Shown: positions 24,906 through 38,419 of the stretch, piece after piece
Position numbering within the stretch: the stretch's first letter is position 1
Layout of the letters: each line of letters begins with the position of its first letter
DNA from: Rhina ancylostomus
Lineage: Eukaryota
Length of the DNA stretch: 64,000 nucleotides
NCBI GenBank assembly: GCA_030265395.1
Contig: JARFYF010000052.1
Location: 86,026,416-86,090,415 of the forward strand
Direction of reading: 5' to 3'
Made by a program: the position numbers and the translations under genes
The notes under the pieces: generated by a model
Database searches by the model: none
What the model was told of the DNA's origin: nothing
Seen by the model: only the letters and a program-made list of their open reading frames with translations

Positions 24906-27900
24906 GCTATTTATTTACCTGTATTGAAAGATACAGCAAAGACTAATGGTGAGTGAGGTTGGGACTTCTCTCTGCATACTGTCATTTAAACAGGTAAATG
25001 CTTGATTGGACCATGTCAGTTTTGACCAACAATGTGTGTTGTAGGATTACCGGAATTTACTACATATGCATGGCCCNNNNNNNNNNNNNNNNNNTTTCAA
25101 CATTAATAAGAGCAAATACAGCTGTGCTGCCTTGAATGAGAAATTGCATCCTAAATGGATCTCTATCAAACAAATGTGATGCTGAGCAACATAAAGAGGT
25201 CAAGGACAGAGGTTACAAGGAACATCTTAAAAGAGTCGATGGACAGGCAAAGTACTTAAGTGCTTAACATCTAGGCAGCCAAGTCACGGCCATGACTGGG
25301 GATGGAAATGGAGGTTAAGAAGGAGGACAGGACGAGAGGAGTGCAGAGATCTTGTGAAGCTGTAGGAGTGGAGGATTTTTTAGAGCCAAGGAAGTGTGAG
25401 ACACGGATTGATTTGAGTTCTAGGCCAAGAATGTTCAATTCAAGGTGTTGCGAGGTAAATGACAAACTAGGTCAGAAACACGGGGGACGGGGTGAATGAT
25501 ATGGTGTGAGGAAGGATACAAGTCATGGATAAATTTTAAGAATTTATCTCCTTGTAGTTGTATCTGGTACTCTATTTGTTTACCATGGTGTCTTGCCAAA
25601 GTGAAGATAATTAATGTGACAAAACATTGCCAAACATCCCTGAAATCTTCTTCCATAATTCCAGCTTCCTCATCAATGAAGCTACATGATTATAAATCTG
25701 CTCTTCAATTGGCTTTACCTATTTTCCCAGATTAATACCTAATGCCAACCAAAAGCTGTTGGGAATCAGGAGCAGGTGGGTAATTCCCCTACCCAATCTT
25801 TAGCCTTCTTTGAGGATTTGTGGAGCAGTAAAAAACATTAGGAATATTAGAAAAATGTTAATAACCACTCTCACTCTGCATATGTTTTCCACACTTAGCC
25901 CTGATCCCTCACTGCATTCATCTATTGGCAAAATCTTAACTGTTTCTAATGTATCTGTCCCCAGAACCTCTGCCGGCANNNNNNNNNNTATAGGACTGTG
26001 AATATATTTTGTGATCTAACAGGATCAGTCAAATATTGTGTGGCGAAAGCGACTTATTCATAATCTATGTTAGTTGTAAATGCTGTGTATGCAGTCTATT
26101 ACTAACATGTCATTTCACATCCCCTTGGCTCCCTGGTTCAAGGATCAACATTTTAATTAATTGCAGTACACAGACAGTCTAATTCTTTATTTAGAACTGT
26201 GGCATTGTCTGAATTATTGGCCAGATTTTTTGGATTTCATGTAAAATTATATTTTTCACCACCGATATTTTTATGCCTAAGTTTCGGAAACTCCAGTGCA
26301 AAGGCAAATGTTCCGATTTTAATGACTGAACTTTGTCAGCCACTCCAGCTGTGCCTTGCCCCTGGATTCCCCAAGGAGGAGGCTCTTGACCTAGTTGAAG
26401 AAATTAGGTGCTAAATTCACTGAGCCCACATTGCCAGAGGAAAGTCATACTTAAAAGAAATGTGGGCAAAAGTTAAAAACTTCTCTTTGACTCTTTTTCT
26501 CATTGAGCAGTCTGCCCTGCCTGGGGAGCTTTTCTCAAAAGGTGCTGTGCAAGTCTGGCTTATGCACGTTAATGGGGTTCCCACTTCACTTTCAATGTGG
26601 AAACAGAGGTGGAAAGAGAGCAAGGCTGATGAAATTTCTAGCAATCTGATTTCAGTTCCATGGGCTTAATGTTAAGACAGAAACCTGAGTTTACAATTCG
26701 CCAGAATTTTTTAAAAAATGGCAGTAGGCTGCTGCAAAACATAAAAAGATGGGTGGATTCAGACCACGGAAAAAAAATCTTTGCAGTAAATATCTAGTCC
26801 AAAAGAAAGACAACATTGAAATTCACAGCTGACCCTTATTTCATTATCAAAGTGATTGTGAATATAAACGCATAGTTGTCAGTCAAAAGTCTCTCTCTAA
26901 GTTAATTTGACCCCCAAAATATTCAAATATCACCAGTTACTCTTTGGAGTAATTTTAAGAAGTAAACATCCTTGAGAAATATATCTTGCAGGACCTGGGA
27001 ATTACTTGACCTATGCCTTTAGTTATATTTCTTCCTGCATGTTAAAGCTCAAAATAATTTGTGTAATAACTTGCTAAAAGTCCAATCTGACAATAACATG
27101 AGAATAGGAGAAGATCTCAGAGTTCAAACACTGGTGAGAAAAATAGAACATCTCTTCTATTTAATTACATTTATAGTTTGAGAAAGAAACAATGGAAAAA
27201 TGGAGAAAATAGATGAATTCAAATAATATACAAAAAGAGAAATAAAAATGGAAAGAAGATTACAGTGCATGTGTGTGTATGTGCGTTTGTGAGTTCAAGA
27301 GAGAGAAAGAGAGAATGAGAAAGATAACTTATTAGAAAATGAAACATTAAAAACTTGATCTGATTAAAATATCTAAGAAAGGTTTGTCACATGCAGATTG
27401 AGATTGAAAAGATCAAGGTATTCCATTTCCGTTCCAGAAAGACTGATAAAATATTCTATTTCGTTGCCAGAATGACTCACAGGCATTGAATTGATATTTG
27501 TATGTCATTAGACACTCTCAATTGCTGACCCTTACTCTCTGAAATGTTTAAGAGGCAACCAAAGTGAAAATCCAGTTGGTTCTGAAAATTGAAGAGAAGC
27601 TAAAGTGAGAAGTTAAGTTCTGCTGAACTTACTGGCCAAATTGTGAATAAATAGTTACTGTCATAATAATTGACAGCATTCTATTAATTTGCTGACAAGA
27701 TTCTGCCCGATCATTTGGAAAGTGTGTTCCTTCCATTACCGACGTAACCTAGATCAATTAGTTACAGGGCTTCTGCCATTAGTCTTTCCTCTGAGTTTTT
27801 TAAGTTTGGGCATGTAAAATTACTGAGTGTGCAAGATAATATAAAGACATTGGCTAATGAAGTAGAAATGAAATGAGCAGAAAGTATTTTTCATAGTCAA

Positions 27901-28289
27901 TTGCTATAACCTGAAAGTGTTAGAAGGAATTTTAACAATGACTTTCAAGAGGGAATTGGATAACCACAGGAATGCAAAAAATCGCATGGCTATGGAGAAA
28001 GAACAGAGGAAGTAGACTAATTAGTCCAATGGGCTTAATGTCTTCCTTTGGTACTTTGATTCAATGATTCAATGCAGCCAAAAATGTTAACCAGATCTGA
28101 GGCAGATTTTTAATGCTAATAGTTTCAGAGTTACAAGTCATAGAATCAGAGTTATACAGCATGAAGACAGTCTATTCAGCCTACCAATAGACCCTTTAAT
28201 ATCTATATGGATATCAAAAGCATCAAATCCATCAGAATTACAGTTTCAAATCTCACTTTTGAATAATGTACTTGAATGGGTATTTTTTT

Positions 28290-28740
28290 TTCTGAATGTT
28301 GGAATCATCAGTAAGACCAGCATATATTACCGATCACTAATTGCCCTTATATGTGGTGATGAGCTTAAATTGGTGCTGTCCTCGAGTGTTGGTACTCCCA
28401 CAATGTTGGTGTTCCCATGCACCTGTTTCCCTTGTCCTTTTTGATGATAGAGGTTGTGGGTATGGGAGGCGCTGTTAGATCGACCTACAGTACATGAATA
28501 ACTGCAGTCCTTTATGTAGATAGCAGATGCTNNNNNNNNNNNNNNNNNNNNNNNNNNNNNNNNNNNNNNNNNNNNNNNNNNNNNNNNNNNNNNNNNNNNN
28601 NNNNNNNNNNNNNNNNNNNNNNNNNNNNNNNNNNNNNNNNNNNNNNNNNNNNNNNNNNNNNNNNNNNNNNNNNNNNAGTCCTTTATGTAGATAGCAGATG
28701 CTACAGCCAAATTGCAATGTCTATGGCAGTGAATATAGCT
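28290..28740 (-). mobile_element. L2-like LINE 3' end (spans gap)
   Basis: gaccagcatatattaccgatcactaattgcccttat...tgttggtactcccacaatg...gttcccatgcacctg is the reverse complement of the family at 10430-10795. Confidence 0.65.
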
Positions 28741-29829
28741 TTGTCAACATTAAGGTTAGTTACTCACTAACCTTGCTGTGCATAAATTGGTTACCATGTC
28801 TTTATTGACATTGTGAGTGATTTTTATTTTCAGCAGAGATGGGAGGCTGTGCTCATGGGTTTCACCTCATGGGTTTCACCCATGTTGTACACACGGAAAG
28901 AAGTATCAGCTGGGGGTCTAATGGGCAGCTGATAAATGACTGTCAAGCTACAAAGCATTTTGGAATGTCCTGAGCATATAAATGCTGTTATGTCAATGCA
29001 AATCCTTTTTTAAAAGCAGGAAAATAAGAGGACTTTACAACTGGCAATTACAGTGTTGCCTACTGATCAGGAAGTCTCAGCTTAATTTTACATGTTAGAT
29101 TGTCAACAGTTAATCAATAAGAAATAAGAATCAGAAACCATAAGAATGAAAGAGTGACCTAAAGAGCTGGTTTGTTTTGGTCATAGTGATACAAAGTTCA
29201 GAATTTTATATATTCGATCAGTAGATAACGTCAATCACAAACACTTCACTCCTCATATGCCATTCCAACTATGTTTTACATAAACTTCCAACTATTTTGA
29301 AGTGTAACTATTTACAAAACTTTGCATGTATCTGTCAGATTTAACTATTGCAGCCTTGTGGCATCATTTAATCCTGTATTATCTGCCAATTAGAGTGCAA
29401 GTAGAAGCAATCTCCTTTCCATCAGTATAATTGTACTTATCCATGTGATAAAATTATATATTATGGTCACCCAACAATCAGAAAACTGGCAGAACTTATA
29501 CCATTAACAAGTCTAATAGGTGGTAGAATAGATAGGTTGTTGTCTACTATTAACCTGATGGATGTAAATAGAAATTATAAGCAATTACCTTTCACAAGCC
29601 TAAATATCTCATGTCATTAATGTGCATTTTTTCCACCTCATTAAAGATGCAGCTATAGTAGGTTATGTCAGAAAAAGTAATCAATTAGAATTTCAGTGGC
29701 TTGATATGCGGGACACAAAAGCAAGGGTTGTAGTTGAATTATTTTTTAGGCCACATCTGTCTCTGGATTGGCTTCAGGAAACAACGCTTGATTTTCTCTA
29801 ATTAACTATAAGTTTTTAGTTTGTTTTTT

Positions 29830-31520
29830 TTTGTAATGTAAATGGCCATCACAATCAGGTTCCTCCACTGAAATGTGCATCGTGGGGTGAAATAAGCAAG
29901 ATGTTAACTAATTTTTTTTTAATCTCTCTCCGCTGCTGAGCGTGTCACTCAGGCATCACATCTTCTGAAATTTCCTCGCCTTGTTCATGGAAACATATTG
30001 GAGCAGCATTTGCCAGCTGTCGGCTTCCTGTGCCTTCTGCTGCCATTATCCTGAGGCACCACCCCACCTTCTGGCCTGCCAGGCTGCAAAGAGATCATAG
30101 CAAAGGGGAGGGAAGAAAAAAAGTGGCTCTTTGTAGATGTCTTCCCATGATTTGTACGTACTGATGAATGAACCTGTTTGCCTTAAAGCTCAGCGGTGCA
30201 AAAAGAATAATTCCCAAGTCCTGTGCCTAGTTCTCCTGTGAAGTGCTGATGTTCAGTGCTAATGAGTGGATGAAGCAAACTGTTCTCCTTTATTACATAA
30301 TTAGGCAATTTTTCCTCTTCTTAAAGTTCATTACAAGTAAACCATAACTTTAATCCATGATGATACAGTTGATCACAGTTAAATAAATACCTGTTAGTGG
30401 ATTTTTACATTGACTCAATTACCAAACAAAGGAATTATTTTTCAATCCCCAATATTAGTTCCTGTTGGGAATACTTATAGGTATAAGTTTCTTAATAATA
30501 AAATGCAAAAAATGTAACATTCCTTGTAACATGCAGTCATACATTTACATGTTATTACAAAGCAGTTTGGGATCCACATTAATGTAATCATGCTGGTATG
30601 GTTTGAGAGTCGAGATGGCCATCAAAGCCTTGAGCACTTTTAAGTGAGAGATCTGAAACCACCTCCAGCAGAGAGTCTCATGCTGCTGGAGTTCAGACTG
30701 GCTACAGCATGCTGGAGCCCGGTACGTATCACCTTGTTCAAAGTATTCAAGCAATCCACAGCCATCTACGGGGACTTAATTAACATTCTTTACAATGCTT
30801 TTAATCTTAAAAGAGAGTCAGTGCTCCTTCTTCAGATCTTCACATGTAAAAAATAAGATTTATATCAAGCTCCACATTTATCTCTAAACCTGTACCTACT
30901 GAACTTCCTAAGAACTGACTTAAGAAGATGATGTTTTTGATAACCTGCCATGTAGCTTCACTGGCCAACAGTACGTGTTAGGAAGGTTAGCACAATGTTC
31001 TGTCCATTATAGCTGAGGAATCTTAGGGAATGCTGTAATGTACTCCAGGCGGCAAGACTCCTTGTTGGCAGAAAGACCTTATGAAATCAAATGTGTTATT
31101 ACTGAGAACCTGACTATATGTAATCACAGCATCACAGAGTAAATGAAAAGCAAATTGACAAAATGACCTTGGTCTCAGATCATGTCAGTGGTGTATCTGT
31201 CCTCGTCGTTACCCATTTCAAGCATTAATAATGAACATTTTGTAAACTGCACATTAGAAGATATTGCATTCTTATTAAGTAGTTTCCCAATGGAAACAGT
31301 CAGGAAGCAAGCAGCCTGCTAGGAAAAAGAACCTGCTTTACAGCTGATGGTGTCAACAGAGTTACAGTGACTGAAAATGCGGAACATGCACAACCTTATC
31401 TAGAAAGGGGTGATTTTATTGTTAACTTGTTTATTTTTGTTAACTAAATCAACAAAATAGTCAAATTGGCCACTGTAATAACAGTAATTTCTCCTCATTG
31501 GTGCTCTTAATATATTCCCC
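29830..31520. promoter_or_regulatory. Repeat-free block with several CNE-like cores
   Basis: No TE signature over about 1.7 kb. cagctg E-boxes, ataattag, ttaattaa, tgacct and tgtca motifs. Conservation not tested. Confidence 0.3.
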
Positions 31521-34500
31521 ACCTACTCTTGGCTGCTGAAATTTCCCAGAGATTCTGTAGGTCTTCTGCCTGTGTTATGGCTGGGCATTAAGGGACCCCT
31601 GGGGATTCAATGTACAGCTAATCACTAAAGTTACAGAAGACAGGGAGAAGTCCCATAAAAATTCCAGCCTAAGTAACTTCTTTCATAGTCTATGTTGACA
31701 ACCAGTTCCTTACTCTATGGCTTTCCAGTTAGAGATAGATTTATCCTGATTAGTCTGTATGATGGAGAATATCAAAATAGTCATCCTTAATTGAAAATTT
31801 GCTTCAGCTTGTTCCTACCTCATTGATTTCTTGTTGTCTCAGTTCTACCATATATTATTCATTCATATTTTCCCATTATAACTTCCAATAAATGCCTATA
31901 TGGCAACATAAGTAAATAGCTGAAGTCTGAACATGTGCAGTGTTCCCAATTTTTCACAATTCCTCAAAATTGGAAAAAGTAGTTAATTTAATACTGAACA
32001 CTTCTGTTCATCAGTTTTCCTTCCAATGTTTTTGAATAACAAATTTTAAAACTCCTGTGGAAGTAACTATTATGTTATCAAAAAAGAGATTAGGTATCTT
32101 TGTATGTGTTTCTATGGGCATGTGAGAAAAGCTGGAATAATTACACAATTTCATCTCAGGAAAGTAATTGGGACAATATTGACATTTCTATTTATACTTT
32201 TACTACAATTTTAAATTTAAATGCATTTTAATTTATTTCATTTTATCTGTTCAGCACTCAAAGCCTATTAAAGTATCTGTTTGGTGCTTTAACTATAAGC
32301 TGCTTTGAAGTGGTAATAGGTTTTTAATTGGTTACAAAAGGTTCACTATTCTCCAACTGGCAATTTTTTCTGTGACAAGTGAGCTATTTAGTTAAAGACA
32401 TTTTTCATCAAGTGCAAATTGGCAAAAAAGGAAAGGAAGAAAATCATAGGGGGATGGGGAGATTTTAAGTTCTAAGAACAGCTGGGTTTTGCAGTAGGTG
32501 AGAGACTAAATCTGCCAAAACAGTTAGTGGGTCGGAAATGTAATACAACCCGCCAACTATACGATTTAACCTGAGAACTTCAAGCAGCGATAGGGAACCC
32601 TCTGTGGGAATCAAAGACAATTGCAGCACTGAAACAGGCCACCTAGGCCTTCACTTTCATGATTGTCAAAAATGAGCAAGTTAGGCTAATGTCATGACTC
32701 AGTGTGTCAGTCCTTAGCGCTATAGATTCTGGCACCAAGTATGCTCTCCAAATGCAATGAAGGTATCTGTTTCCATCATCCTTTCTGCTGATCCTTTCAC
32801 CCAGGATCTTAAGTCTCTGTCCCCAACTTCCTGCCAAGGAAAATGGGTCCTATCTGTTCACCACATTAGAACCTTTCATAACGTTTAAGTATCTTTTAAC
32901 CTCCACTAAACTTTCTTCATGTCAAGGTGGACTTCCTGAGCCTGAACAATTTTTCCTTACAGATCAGATTTTGGGCCTTATATTCATTACACTTCTCTTC
33001 TGTACTTCCCTGTTCCTATATTCTGTTCCTGAATATAAAGGAGAGCCGTGTTGATAAATTATATTACTTATACAAGTTTCATTATCTGCAATTTTGGAAC
33101 TGAATCAAGGGCCTACATGTTTCCCAAATTCTCTGAAACTTGCCAGTGAAATTCTGCTGAGGGTTGGACTGAGGGGGGAACAATGTAGTATTATTATAAG
33201 TAATGCAGATTAACAAGTACTTTCCTGAATGAGACTGCACCAGCTTCTCTTCAAAGGAGATGTGCTTGTTCTTTCCTCAGCAAAACATGATGACAATCTT
33301 GAATGATTAGTGCTAATCTTGTTTTTCAGTGCCCAAACAATGGTTCCAACCCAACCCAAACTTGACCCGTTGCAACTCCTGGTTTGGCCTGATAACTCTC
33401 CCAGACACTGTCTCACTTGTAAGACTACCAAGAGTTGCACCGCTTTCCAAAATGGTAGGAGGTCACAGAGAAAGTCTTGTGGCATGGATATCAGAGATTT
33501 GAAAAGATTGCTGATTGGGAGGGGGACAATCAAGGACCTGATGGGAGTTGGAAGGAGGACCATGGTGTTGGGGTGGAGTGGGGGGGAATGGCATAGCGGT
33601 ATTGTCAGAGAAGGCATAAGGATTGCTGGCTGGAATGCAGAGGATCAAGAATTTGAGGAGGAGTATGGTGTTGATGGGGGTTTATTGGAGAGGAGATCAA
33701 GACCTGAGTGGGGCAGGGGGCAGGGGAGGGGGAGTTCAGAATGGGGATTGACATTGTGCCTTCAGAGACAGGATTGAGACCTTGGGGTGGTTAGAGAGGA
33801 ATTCAAAGTCTGACGGTTATCAGGGTATGTGATCGAGCTCTCAATTGATGGATGGTCAGGGAGAGATTATTGAGTGCTTACATAGAAGCTGCTGGGGATG
33901 AATGTTCAAGTAGATCACACCATGTGGGTTGAGGGGATGCATGGACAGATAAGCATGAAGAGGCAGCTGGTGGGTCAGAGGCAATCTCTAAGAGAAATGG
34001 GTTGTTAAAGAGTCTTGACAATAGGAAGGTGGCCTCTCTAGCAATCAGCCAAGGTAAGCTCCAGTCCTGTGATGTAACAGCATAGTAAGCCTCTACTCTC
34101 CATTTACGACAAATTTTGAGTAAGTAACATCACAAGAGTGATGTCCCCATCTAGCACAATTGCAAACAGAAATGCCACAGTAATCTGGGCCTGTGGTCTT
34201 CAGACCAATGTAAATATGACCTACNNNNNNNNNNNNNNNNNNNNNNNNNNNNNNNNNNNNNNNNNNNNNNNNNNNNNNAGGTGTCCGCCAAGTCTTGAGG
34301 ATTGCTGCTCCTTGTGCAGCAACACTGTGCAACCCCGAGGAGGAGCTGGCTGAGCAACTCCAGGATCAGCAGCAGCCTCCTGTTGACTCCCTCACACCAC
34401 AGAGAGGGGACCTAACAGGAGGCTGTTCCCTGCACACTGAGGGTCTACTGCCTTAATACAGTATACAAATAGTGTCTCAGGACACTGGCCAAAAAATCAG

Positions 34501-35639
34501 GGGCTGGCAGATCCAGGCAGCTTCTTTGAACATGTCCTGTTTCCTTGGGATCTAGTGGATATCATCTGCCTGTGGCTGTCAAAGTGTTCAAAAGGTTCCC
34601 GAAGGATTACTCAGCTTTATGCAAGCAAACTATCCAGGCAAGCAACATTTATCTTGCCTATGTGGGCTATCTTCTATCATGGATGATTCCACCCAAAATG
34701 GAAGGGAGCTCGGATTTGCTGCTCCAGCTGGATTCTTGCAGTCCAAAGAGATGGACTGCCCTCTGATGACAATCAAGGTGCCTCCAGAGCAATTTGAAGT
34801 GTTCATCAGCCAGGAAGAATTTCACTTTATTGGTTCCCAACTGATCTGAACCAAAGGAATGTATTTCTTTGGGTCTGTGCACAAGACATTGAGGTGGCTG
34901 CTCTGATTCCTCCACTCTGAAGCACTCCACCCTTTACTAACCCATTCAGTCCTCTAAGTAGATGTAGAGATTGCCTGCTAGAGATGAAGGTTTCTCACTG
35001 ACTTACAAGATTGCCAAAAAGCAAAGCGCAGCAATACTCCAAATGAAGCCACCCTACCGCTGATAAAGCTACTGAGCAAGGTGTTAGAGTGCCAAAGTGT
35101 GAGTGTCTGTTCTAGTCGATGGAGGGTCTGGCTATGATGCTCTGAGTGTGGACCCTCATTCGACATTGCCCTTTGGTTGCGCATCTTGCTGGATGAGTTC
35201 AGTCTCCCTCTGTAGGGGACTGAAAACGTGAATTAGAACTTCGCAGCAGAAATTAGAAGGTAGAAATATTTATGGTTTTGCTTGCACATATGATCGCTTT
35301 TCACCCACTGCTGATTTCCAGTCCGGTGTTATATGCAAAATACCTTGATGAGACACAGTTCTGTCACCAGGATGCTGTGAGGCCCTTATCTTCAATGGCC
35401 ACTGGACATCCATTAACTTATCTATCTCGTGGGCCGTCCCCTTCAGAAGAAGTCAACTGGCTACTGGGGGGAGGACCACCTCCAGGACTACACTGCACCA
35501 CAGAGAGGGCCCACTGGTCTTTTGCCTCTCCCTGGTGCTTTGTGTTCTCTTCACTTCAGTGACAGAAAGAAGAGATCTAACCCAATCACAAAACAGCATC
35601 AAGGAAGCTAAAAGGCTCACTCCCTTTCCTGCATTCGAG

Positions 35640-36420
35640 GCTTAAACTTCATTTTGTTAAAGAGTGTAATCTTTGAATTGAAATCAGGTTGGGCCATAAG
35701 AGAATATCAACATTATAGCCACAGCATTTGCTTAAAGGGTAATGATACATAAACTGCCATTGAAAGTATTTCCCACTGCAGTCCAAAATAGCCAGCAGAT
35801 GCCTTATTATTGTTTTAGAACCTGGCTAGAACAAGTAGGTACTTCAGCAAGCAACATCACAATTGCAGCCCTCAGCAAGGGAGCCCATTTTAAAACAGTT
35901 CGCAGACGTGTGAAATTTCAGAGTGTTAAGATGCATTTTATTTTACATGGCCCAATTCAGAAACACTCTTTGCAAACTGAGTGATAAACCTTGTGCAAAT
36001 AAAAACTATTAAAATAATGATCATAGACCAATATAGCAGTAGGCTGTGACATGCAGATCTGCACTCGTAATGCAAATTCGGCAGGATGGATCAGGCTTGC
36101 ACAGCACATCCTCATTAGGGTATTGGTTAGCCTCATTTTGCTGCTGTCAAAGACGATCTTTGTTATTTTATTCCAATCAAGCCCCAAGAAAGAATTCATA
36201 AAGTGGAATCCCTGCAGGATTCATGTTCCTGTACTACTTCCAAAAATCATCCCTTTGAACAACATAGTGGCAGTTATAAGGTTGAAAGAAATAACTGCAA
36301 AAATTAAATAATGTGACTAATTTATATATTATTGATACTAATAGTAAGAAAAGTGTTACTGCTTTGCACAGTACTATCGATATGCTCATTAATTATGTTA
36401 AGTATGGTAACAGTGAGTTA
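35640..36420. promoter_or_regulatory. Candidate conserved non-coding element
   Basis: No recognisable repeat. Octamer-like taatgcaaat at about 36068, plus tgtca, atctttgtt and cataaa motifs. Confidence 0.3.
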
Positions 36421-36714
36421 TCACCCCACAGTCAGGCTTGAGCTCACTCACTTTCCTGCTCTGACTTTTGCTGCTTGATGCCTTTTTCATCTTTATTTTT
36501 AACTTAAAAACAGCTGGACAAATCCTACTGTTCTATGGAAGCTGGGTTCACAAATTGCAACCAATTGTAGACTGACGTCTGCAATTTTCACTATTCTTAA
36601 ACATCGTTTTACCAGTATTAATGCTCCCATGTTGCTTGTTATTTACCCCCAGTGCCTAATGTTACTAATGTGGATGACCATGTCAAAAGGGTGAAATAAA
36701 GGGAAGACTTCTGG

Positions 36715-37102
36715 TGATATAAGACCGTCATGATCTGAAGATTCCCCAAATCACTTTGGACCCAATTTAAGTTTGTCATTTTTTTTAGTTTCAAGTAGTC
36801 AACTTGCACATGCCAAGCTCCCATAAGCGATGACATGATAATGACTAGATAATCTGTTTTAATTATATTGACTGAGGCACACGTTTTGGCCAGAGCAGCG
36901 GGGTTGATTTTACTGCTCTTTAAGTTAGAGTGATGTGGTCTTTTAGGTCTCCCAGAGGGTACCAACAGGACCTTGCTTTATCTAAAAAAGTGAACCACAC
37001 AACAGTGCATTCACTCAGTACAGCATGAAGTATCACCCCAGATTTCTGGCTCAAACTTCTGACTCTTGAATCTATACCCTTCTGACTTGGAGGTGAGAGT
37101 GC
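36715..37102 (-). mobile_element. DeuSINE (SacSINE1-like), nearly full length
   Basis: Minus strand: head gcactctcacctccaagtcagaagg...gattcaag; body aaatctggggtgatac...gtactgag; Deu-like core taaaagaccacatcact...ctggccaaaa...aaaacagattatctagtcattatca; then the tail. Confidence 0.75.
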
Positions 37103-37249
37103 NNNNNNNNNNNNNNNNNNNNNNNNNNNNNNNNNNNNNNNNNNNNNNNNNNNNNNNNNNNNNNNNNNNNNNNNNNNNNNNNNNNNNNAAAGGAGACAAA
37201 ACTGACCAACACTTTCAAGATTGTATTGAAAACTGGCAAACTTTGATTG

Positions 37250-37420
37250 AAGCAAAAAACAAAAGCAGAAAAAGCTGGAAATACTCAGAAGGTTAAACCA
37301 CATCTGTGGGAAGAGAAACAGAGTCATCCTTTCATATTGGAGACCCTTTGTCTGAACTGAAAAACAGACAAAAGGGAGAGGAAAAAGAGGAAGGCAATAC
37401 AAAGAGGGGAAAAAAAACAA
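37250..37420 (-). mobile_element. Penelope-derived tail fragment
   Basis: gcagaaaaagctggaaatactcagaagg...catctgtgggaagagaaacagagt...gagacccttt is the reverse complement of the hammerhead-bearing tail. Confidence 0.7.
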
Positions 37421-37429
37421 TCTGAGCTA

Positions 37430-38340
37430 ATAGAGTCATACAGCACTGAAGCTGGCCCTTCAGCCCAAATGGTCCATACCAACCAAGACTGCCATCGAAG
37501 CTAGTCCCATTTGGGGCGTTTGGCCCAGATTCCTCTAAACCTTTCTATCCATGTAGCTGTCCAAGTACCTTTTAAATGTCATTAATGTACCTGCCTCCAC
37601 CACTTCCTCTGGCAGCTCACTCCATAAAGAGACCACCTTCTGGGTGAAAAAGTTGCCTCTCAGATTCCGATTAAATTTCTCCCCTCTCACCTTAAACCTA
37701 TGCCCTCTAGTTTTTAATTCCTTAACACTGGGAAAAAGACTGTGTACATTGACCCTTTCTATGCCCCTCATGATTTTATGCACCTCTAAAAGATCACCCC
37801 TCATTCTCCTGCACTCCCATGAAAATAGTCCCAACCTGCTCAACCTCTCTCTATTACTCAATCCCTCGAGTCCCCACAACTTCTTCATCAATCTCCTCNN
37901 NNNGCTTAATGGCCTCTTTCCCATAGCAGGATGACCAAAACTGAATATAATATTCCAAATGCGGCCTCACCAGCATCTTGTACAACTGCAATATCACATC
38001 CCAACTTCTGTACTCAATGTCCTGACTGATGAAGGCCAGAATGAAAAATGCTTCTTCACCACCTTGTCGACCTGCGATCCACTTTCAGGGAACCATGTAC
38101 TTGGAATCCTAGGTCACTCTGTTCTACTACACTCCCAGAGCCCTAGCGTCCTCTGTGAAAGTCTTACCTTCATTTGTCTTCCCAAAATGCAACACCTTGC
38201 ATTTATCGGAATTAAACTCCATTTGCCATTCCTCAGCCCATTTACCAGCTGAGCATAATCCCTCTGTAAATCCTGATAAGTATCTTCACTGTCAACAACA
38301 CCACCTATTTTAGTGTCATCACCAAATTCACTAACCATTA
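37430..38340 (-). mobile_element. CR1 LINE, RT to 3' end
   Basis: VSEFGDDTKIGGVVDSE... and ERLSRLGLFSWECRRMRGDLLEVHKIMRGIERV...NFFTQKVVSLWSELPEEVVEAGT, followed by the tail. Confidence 0.93.
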
Positions 38341-38419
38341 TTAGTAATGGTTAGTAATTAGTAATATTACTGTTGCATGGCTGATACAGACCAAGAACTG
38401 AGGTAACTCGGGTAACTGA

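Noticed and set aside
28506-28702. Identical 26-bp sequence on both sides of an N gap
   Set aside because: Most likely an unmerged contig overlap. The near-duplicate around the 62146-62245 gap is similarly suspect.
30645-30721. Plus-strand exon-like segment (ttttaag|...ccg|gtacgt)
   Set aside because: Weak polypyrimidine tract, 77 nt, no recognisable peptide, and opposite strand to the better exon.
33210-33777. Overlapping 135-aa and 155-aa ORFs
   Set aside because: They arise from G-rich low-complexity sequence that is poor in stop codons.
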